From the NCBI RefSeq assembly GCF_009914755.1, contig NC_060948.1: a DNA stretch of 64,000 bases; one strand, given 5' to 3'. Below are positions 56,489 through 64,000 of this stretch, in pieces; position 1 is the stretch's first letter; each line of letters starts with the position of its first letter. Below the pieces are notes generated by a model. It was not told the origin of the DNA and ran no database searches. It saw only the letters and a program-made list of their open reading frames with translations. The stretch is from the human T2T-CHM13v2.0 reference genome, Homo sapiens. The position numbers and the translations under genes are program-made.

Positions 56489-59400
56489 TCCAATGGAATA
56501 GAATCTAATGCAATAAAATCGACTCAAATAGAGTAGAATGTAATGGAATGGAGTGCAGTGCAATGGAATGGAATGGAATGGAATGCAATGGAATGGAATG
56601 GAATGGAATGGAATGGGATGGAATGGTATGGAATGGATAGTAATGGACTGCAGTGAAATGGACTGGAAAAGAATGGACTCAAATTGAAAGGGCTCGAAAG
56701 GAATGGAGTCAAATGGAATGGTCTGGAATGGAATGAACACGAATGTAATGCAATCCAATGGAATGGAATCGAATGGCATGGAATATAAAGAAATGGAATC
56801 GAAGAGAATGGAAACAAATGGAATGGAATTGAATGGAATGGAATTGAATGGAATGGGAACGAATGGAGTGAAATTGTATGCAGTAGAAGAGAATAGAATG
56901 GAATGCAAGCGAAAGGAAAGGAATGGATTGGAATGGAATGGAATTCATTGGAATGGAAGGGAATGTAGTGTAATGGACAGGCCTGGAATAAAGTGGAATG
57001 CTACGGTCTCGAATGGAATAAAAATGTATGGAATGGAATGCAATGAAACGGAATCGAATGTCATAGAATGTAATGGAATGCAAAAAAATGGACTCCAAAA
57101 TCATTGACTGGAAAGGCTGGGGGTCGAAAGGAATTGACTCCAATGGAATGGAATCGAATGGAATGGAAGTGAATAGAATCGAACTAAATCGAATGGAATG
57201 GAATTGATAGGAACGGAATGGAAAGGAATGCAATGATTTGGCATGGAATGGAATCGAATGGCATCGAATGGAATGGAATGGATTGCAATGGAATGGAATG
57301 TATTAGAATGTAATGAACTTTAATGGAATGTACTCGAATGGATTCGACTGGAATGGAATGTTCAGGAAGTGAATGGACTCCAATGGAATGGATTCGAAAG
57401 GAATGGAATCTAATGGAATGGAATTAAATGGAAATGAATCAAATTGAATAGAACGGAATTGAATTGAATGGAATCGAATGCAATGGAATCTAATGAAACG
57501 GAAAGGAAAGGAATGGAATGGATTGGAATGGAATGGGCTGGAATGGAATGGAATCGAAACGAATGGAATGGAATCGAACTGAAGAGACTGGAATGGAATG
57601 CACTGGAATGGAAGGGAATGTAATGGAAGGTTCTCGAAAAAAATGGAATCGAAAGGAATGGAATTGAATGGAACGGAATAGAGTCGAATGGAATTCAATG
57701 GAATGGAATGGACTAGAGTGAAATGGAATCGAACCACAAGGAATGGACAGGAATAGAATGGTCTCGAATTGAATGGAATCGTATGGAATGGCATCAAACG
57801 GAATGGAATGGACAGCCACGGAATGGAATGGACACCCACGGAATGGAATGCACTCGAATGCAATGGAGTCGACACTAATGGACTGGAATAGAATGGACTC
57901 GACTGGTACGGAGTCCAATGGAATGGAATCGAATGGAAGGGAATCGAACGGAATGGACTCGAAGTGAAAAGACTGCAATGGAAAGGTCTCCAATGGAATG
58001 GAAATTAATGGAATGGAATGGAATCGAATGAAATGGAGTCAAAAGGAATGGAATCGAATGGCAAGAAATCGAATGTAATGGAATCGCAAGGAATGGATGT
58101 GAACGGAACGGAATGGAATGGAATCCAAAGGAATGGAATAGAATGGAATGGAATCGAATGGAAAGGACTCGAATGGAAATCACTCGAATAGAATGCAATT
58201 TAATAAAATAGGATCAAATGTAATGGAATGGAATGGAAAGGAATCGAAATGAAAGGAATGGAGACAGATGGAATGGAATGGAACAGAGAGCAATGGTATA
58301 GAATGGAATGGAATAATCTGGAATGGAATTGAATGGAATGGAATAATATGAAATGGAATGGAATGGAATGGAATGCCCTTGAATTAAATGGACTGGAATG
58401 GAATGGACTCGAACAGAGTGGAATGGAAAGTGTTGAAATAGAATGGAATGGACTCGTTTGGAATGGTCTAGTATGCAATGCAATCGACTGGCAGGGAATC
58501 AAAAGGAATGTAATCGAATGGATTGGACTGGAATGCAATGGACTCGAATAGATTGGAAACGGAAAGCAAAGGAATGGAATGGAATAGTATGGAATGGAAT
58601 GGAAAGGAATGGAGTGGAATAGACTAGAGTGGAATGGAATGGACTCGAAAGCAATGGACTGGAATGGAACTTTCTTGAATGGACTGGAATCAAACGGAAT
58701 GGAATGCAATGCAATCAAATGGCATGGAATAAAATAGAATGAAAGAGAATGAAATGGAATTGAATCGAATGGAATCGAATGGATTGGAAAGGAATAGAAT
58801 GGAATGGAATGGAATTGACTCAAATGGAATGGACTAGAATGGAATGGATTCGAATGGAAGGCAAAGGAATGGAATCTATTGGAATGGACTGTAATGGAAT
58901 GGAATGGAAGGGATTGGAATGGACTCGAATGGAATGGACTGCCATAGAAAGGATTCGAATGGAATGAAAAAGAATTGAATGGAATAGAACAGAATGGAAT
59001 CAAATCGAATGAAATGGAATGGAATAGAAAGGAATGGAATGAAATGGAATGGAAAGGATTCGAATGGAATGCAATCGAATGGAATGCAATCGAATGGAAT
59101 GGAATCGAACGGAATGGAATAAAATGGAAGAAAACTGGCAAGAAATGGAGTCGAAATGAATGGAGTGTTATGGAACCGACTCAAAAGGAATTGAATGTAA
59201 TAGAATGGAGTGGAGTGGACTCGAATATAATGGACTGGAATGGAATGAAATCACATGGAATGGGAACGAATGGAATGGAATGGAAAGGAATGGAATCGAA
59301 TGGAAAGGAATCGAATGGAAGGGAATGAAATTGAATCAACAGGAATGGAAGGGAGTAGAATAGACGGTAATGGAATGGACTCGAATAGAATGGACACGAA

Positions 59401-60042
59401 TGCTCAAATTGAATGGACTCGAATGGAATGGAAACGAAAGGAATGTCATCGAATGGAATTGAATCGATTGGAATGAAATCACATAGAATGGAGTGGAATC
59501 AAATGGAATTGAATCGAAAGGAAAGGAAGCGAATGGACTGAAATGAAATGGAATGGAATTGAATGGAAATTAATGCAATGGAATAGAATGGAACGAAATT
59601 TCACGGAATGGAATCAAACTGAATGGAATCAAATCAATGGAATATAATCAAATGGAATGGAAAGGAATTGAATGGAGTAGATTGGATTGGATGGGATTGG
59701 AATGAAATGTACTGGAAAGGACTCGAATTTCATGAAACGGAATGGAATGAATTAGAACGGAATGGACTCGAATGGAATGGAATGTCATGGAATGGCATCA
59801 AATGGAATGGAATCGAATGCGATGGAATGCTATGGAATGGAATGGAATGCATTGGAATGGAATGTCCTCTAATGGAATGTATTCGAGTGGAATGGAATCG
59901 AATATAATGGAGTCTAATGAAAGGGAATTGAAAGGAATGGGACCGAATACAACGGAATATACTGGAATGTAATGTAATGAACTCGAATGTAATTGACTGG
60001 AATGGAATGTACATGAATGGAATGTAATCGAATGGAAAGCAA
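56489..60042 (+). repeat. DYZ1 unit U17 (3554 bp)
   Basis: Anchor at 56489. Returns to U11-U13-type markers (20-bp duplication, GGAACCGACT, GCCATAGAA). Confidence 0.92.
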
Positions 60043-63000
60043 TCCAATGGAATAGAATCTAATGCAATAAAATCGACTCAAATAGAGTAGAATGTAATGG
60101 AATGGAGTGCAGTGCAATGGAATGGAATGGAATGGAATGCAATGGAATGGAATGGAATGGAATGGAATGGGATGGAATGGTATGGAATGGATAGTAATGG
60201 ACTGGAGTGAAATGGACTGGAAAAGAATGGACTCAAATTGAAAGGTCTCGAAAGGAATGGAGTCAAATGGAATGGTCTGGAATGGAATGAACACGAATGT
60301 AATGCAATCCAATAGAATGGAATCGAATGGCATGGAATATAAAGAAATGGAATCGAAGAGAATGGAAACAAATGGAATGGAATTGAATGGAATGGAATTG
60401 AATGGAATGGGAACGAATGGAGTGAAATTGTATGCACTAGAAGAGAATAGAATGGAATGCAAGCGAAAGGAAAGGAATGGATTGGAATGGAATGGAATTC
60501 ATTGGAATGGAAGGGAATGTAGTGTAATGGACAGGCCTGGAATAAAGTGGAATGCTACGGTCTCGAATGGAATAAAAATGTATGGAATGGAATGCAATGA
60601 AACGGAATCGAATGTCATAGAATGTAATGGAATGCAAAAAAATGGACTCCAAAATCATTGACTGGAAAGGCTGGGTGTCGAAAGGAATTGACTCCAATGG
60701 AATGGAATCGAATGGAATGGAAGTGAATAGAATGGAACTAAATCGAATGGAATGGAATTGATAGGAACGGAATGGAAAGGAATGCAATGATTTGGCATGG
60801 AATGGAATCGAATGGCATCGAATGGAATGGAATGGAATGCAATGGAATGGAATGTATTAGAATGTAATGAACTTTAATGGAATATACTCGAATGGATTCG
60901 ACTGGAATGGAATGTTCTTGAAGTGAATGGACTCCAATTGAATGGATTCGAAAGGAATGGAATCTAATGGAATGGAATTAAATGGAAATGAATCAAATTG
61001 AATAGAACGGAATTGAATTGAATGGAATCGAATGCAATGGAATCTAATGAAACGGAAAGGAAAGGAATGGAATGGATTGGAATGGAATGGGCTGGAATGG
61101 AATGGAATCGAAACGAATGGAATGGAATCGAACTGAAGAGACTGGAATGGAATGCACTGGAATGGAAGGGAATGTAATGGAAGGTTCTCGAAAAAAATGG
61201 AATCGAAAGGAATGGAATTGAATGGAACGGAATAGAGTCGAATGGAATTCAATGGAATGGAATGGACTAGAGTGAAATGGAATCGAACCACAAGGAATGG
61301 ACAGGAATAGAATGGTCTCGAATTGAATGGAATCGTATGGAATGGCATCAAACGGAATGGAATGGACAGCCACGGAATGGAATGTACTCGAATGCAATGG
61401 AGTCGACACTAATGGACTGGAATAGAATGGACTCGACTGGTACGGACTCCAATGGAATGGAATCGAATGGAAGGGAATCGAACGGAATGGACTCGAAAGG
61501 AAAAGACTGCAATGGAAAGGTCTCGAATGGAATGGAAATTAATGGAATGGAATGGAATCGAATGAAATGGAGTCAAAAGGAATGGAATCGAATGGCAAGA
61601 AATTGAATGTAATGGAATCGCAAGGAATTGATGTGAACGGAACGGAATGGAATGGAATCGAAAGGGATGGAATGTAATCGAATGGAAAGGACTCGAATGG
61701 AAATCACTCGAATAGAATGCAATTTAATAAAATAGGATCAAATGTAATGGAATGGAATGGAAAGGAATCGAAACGAAAGGAATGGAGACAGATGGAATGG
61801 AATGGAACAGAGAGCAATGGTATAGAATGGAATGGAATCATCTGGAATGGAATTGAATGGAATGGAATAAGATGAAATGGAATGGAATGGAATGGAATGC
61901 CCTTGAATTAAATGGACTGGAATGGAATGGACTCGAACAGAGTGGAATGGAAAGTGTTGAAATAGAATGGAATGGACTCCTTTGGAATGGTCTAGTATGC
62001 AATGCAATCGACTGGCAGAGAATCAAGAGGAATGTAATCGAATGGAAAGGACTGGAATGCAATGGAATCGAATAGATTGGAAACGGAAAGCAAAGGAATG
62101 GAATGGAATAGTATGGAATGGAATGGAAAGGAATGGAGTGGAATAGACTAGAGTGGAATGGAATGGACTCGAAAGCAATGGACTGGAATGGAACTTTCTT
62201 GAATGGACTGGAATCAAACGGAATGGAATGCAATGCAATCAAATGGCATGGAATAAAATAGAATGAAAGAGAATCAAACGGAATTGAATCGAATGGAATC
62301 GAATGGATTGGAAAGGAATAGAATGGAATGGAATGGAATTGACTCAAATGGAATGGACTAGAATGGAATGGATTCGAATGGAAGGCAAAGGAATGGAATC
62401 TATTGGAATGGACTGTAATGGAATGGAATGTAAGGGATTGGAATGGACTCAAATGGAATGGACTGCAATAGAAAGGATTCGAATGGAATGAAAAAGAATT
62501 GAATGGAATAAAACAGAATGGAATCAAATCGAATGAAATGGAATGGAATAGAAAGGAATGGAAAGGATTCGAATGGAATGCAATCGAATGGAATGCAATC
62601 GAATGGAATGGAATCGAACGGAATGGAATAAAATGGAAGAAAACTGGCAAGAAATGGAATCGAAATGAATGGAGTGTTATGGAACGGACTCAAAAGGAAT
62701 TGAATGTAATAGAATGGAGTGGAGTGGACTCGAATATAATGGACTGGAATGGAATGAAATCACATGGAATGGGAACGAATGGAATGGAATGGAAAGGAAT
62801 GGAATCGAATGGAAAGGAATCGAATGGAAGGGAATGAAATTGAATCAACAGGAATGGAAGGGAGTAGAATAGACGGTAATGGAATGGACTCGAATAGAAT
62901 GGACACGAATGCTCAAATTGAATGGACTCGAATGGAATGGAAACGAAAGGAATGTCATCGAATGGAATTGAATCGATTGGAATGAAATCACATAGAATGG

Positions 63001-63566
63001 AGTGGAATCAAATGGAATTGAATCGAAAGGAAAGGAAGCGAATGGACTGAAATGAAATGGAATGGAATTGAATGGAAATTAATGCAATGGAATAGAATGG
63101 AACGAAATTTCACGGAATGGAATCAAACTGAATGGAATCAAATCAATGGAATCTAATCAAATGGAATGGAAAGGAATTGAATGGAGTAGATTGGATTGGA
63201 TGGGATTGGAATGAAATGCACTGGAAAGGACTCGAATTTCATGAAACGGAATGGAATGAATTGGAACGGAATGGACTCGAATGGAATGGAATGTCACGGA
63301 ATGGCATCAAATGGAATGGCATCAAATGGAATGGAATAGAATGCAATGGAATGCTATGGAATGGAATGGAATGCATTGGAATGGAATGTCCTCTAATGGA
63401 ATGCATTCGAGTGGAATGGAATCGAATATAATGGAGTCGAATGAAATGGAATTGAAAGGAATGGGATCGAATACCATGTAATATACTGGAATGTAATGTA
63501 ATGAACTCGAATGTAATTGACTGGAATGGAATGTACATGAATGGAATGTAATCGAATGGAAAGTAA
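60043..63566 (+). repeat. DYZ1 unit U18 (3524 bp)
   Basis: Anchor at 60043. Lacks the 20-bp duplication; private deletions near 61665 and 62555. Confidence 0.92.
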
Positions 63567-64000
63567 TCCAATGGAATAGAATCTAATGCAATAAAATCGA
63601 CTCAAATATAATAGAATGTAATGGAATGGAGTGCATTGCAATGGAATGGAATGGAATGGAATGCAATGGAATGGAATGGAATGGAATGGAATGGAATGGA
63701 ATGGGATGGAATGGTATGGAATGGATAGTAATGGACTGGAGTGAAATGGACTGGAAAAGAATGGACTCAAATTGAAAGGGCTCGAAAGGAATGGAGTCAA
63801 ATGGAATGGTCTGGAATGGAATGAATACGAATGTAATGCAATCCAATAGAATGGAATCGAAAGTTATGGAATATAAAGAATTGGAATCGAAGAGAATGGA
63901 AACAAATGGAATGGAATTGAATGGAATGGAATTGAATGGAATGGGAACGAATGGAGTGAAATTGTATGCAGTAGAAGAGAATAGAATGGAATGCAAGCGA
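63567..64000 (+). repeat. DYZ1 unit U19 (partial, truncated by window end)
   Basis: Anchor at 63567; colinear with the start of the other units. Confidence 0.92.

Larger units (their letters stand above)
1..64000 (+). repeat. DYZ1: Human satellite III (HSat3) array, DYZ1 family (Yq12 heterochromatin); diverged (GGAAT)n with a ~3.5-kb tandem macro-unit
   Basis: Continuous GGAAT pentamers and one/two-base variants (CGAAT, GGACT, GCAAT, GGAAA) over the whole window. Unique landmarks (GACAGGCCTG, GGCTGGGTGTCG, GAACCACAAGG, GCCCTTGAATT) recur every 3497-3569 bp, consistent with the ~3.56-kb DYZ1 HaeIII unit. One orientation throughout. Confidence 0.97.

Noticed and set aside
17-63996. Hundreds of 60-313 aa ORFs on both strands (MEWNG-rich and HSIPF-rich)
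   Set aside because: These are the direct translations of (GGAAT)n and (ATTCC)n, which lack stop codons in all frames. They overlap in several frames, are frameshifted or truncated between units and show no domain features. Database hits to such peptides would likely be satellite-derived spurious proteins.
1-64000. CRISPR-like or other repeat-spacer system
   Set aside because: No constant repeat separated by unique spacers and no cas or other genes; every distinctive motif recurs once per 3.5-kb unit.
1-64000. DYZ2/HSat1B block, Alu or L1 insertion, or inversion junction
   Set aside because: No AT-rich DYZ2 or Alu sequence, poly-A tail or switch to CATTC on the + strand was seen anywhere; the window is interior to one DYZ1 block.
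1-64000. HSat2 assignment because of frequent ATCGAAT
   Set aside because: Lacks the short HSat2-type periodic unit (CATTCGATTC with GATGAT motifs). The 3.5-kb unit and DYZ1 primer sites indicate HSat3/DYZ1.

Overview
The whole 64 kb is human satellite III DNA, (GGAAT)n on the + strand and (CATTC)n on the - strand. It is organised as 18 complete head-to-tail copies plus a 434-bp partial copy of a ~3.5-kb macro-unit (3497-3569 bp). Unit length, the single conserved HaeIII/StuI site (GACAGGCCTG) and matches to the classic Y1.1/Y1.2 sexing-primer sequences, spaced 154 bp apart, identify it as DYZ1 from the Yq12 heterochromatin. I see no genes, transposons, DYZ2 blocks or inversions. All listed ORFs are translation artefacts of the pentamer (MEWNG / HSIPF repeats). 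I found no new gene system. The structure worth a second look lies inside the array: (i) three perfect nGAAnnTTCnnGAAn heat-shock elements at fixed positions in each unit; (ii) nested multi-unit duplications (a ~10.55-kb trimer copy, a 3514-bp copy and a 3554-bp copy); (iii) sub-array haplotype domains, mosaic units and a diverged island at ~47-56 kb; (iv) a hypervariable pure-pentamer tract and strict conservation of the 5-bp register. All comparisons were made by eye, not by computed alignment.
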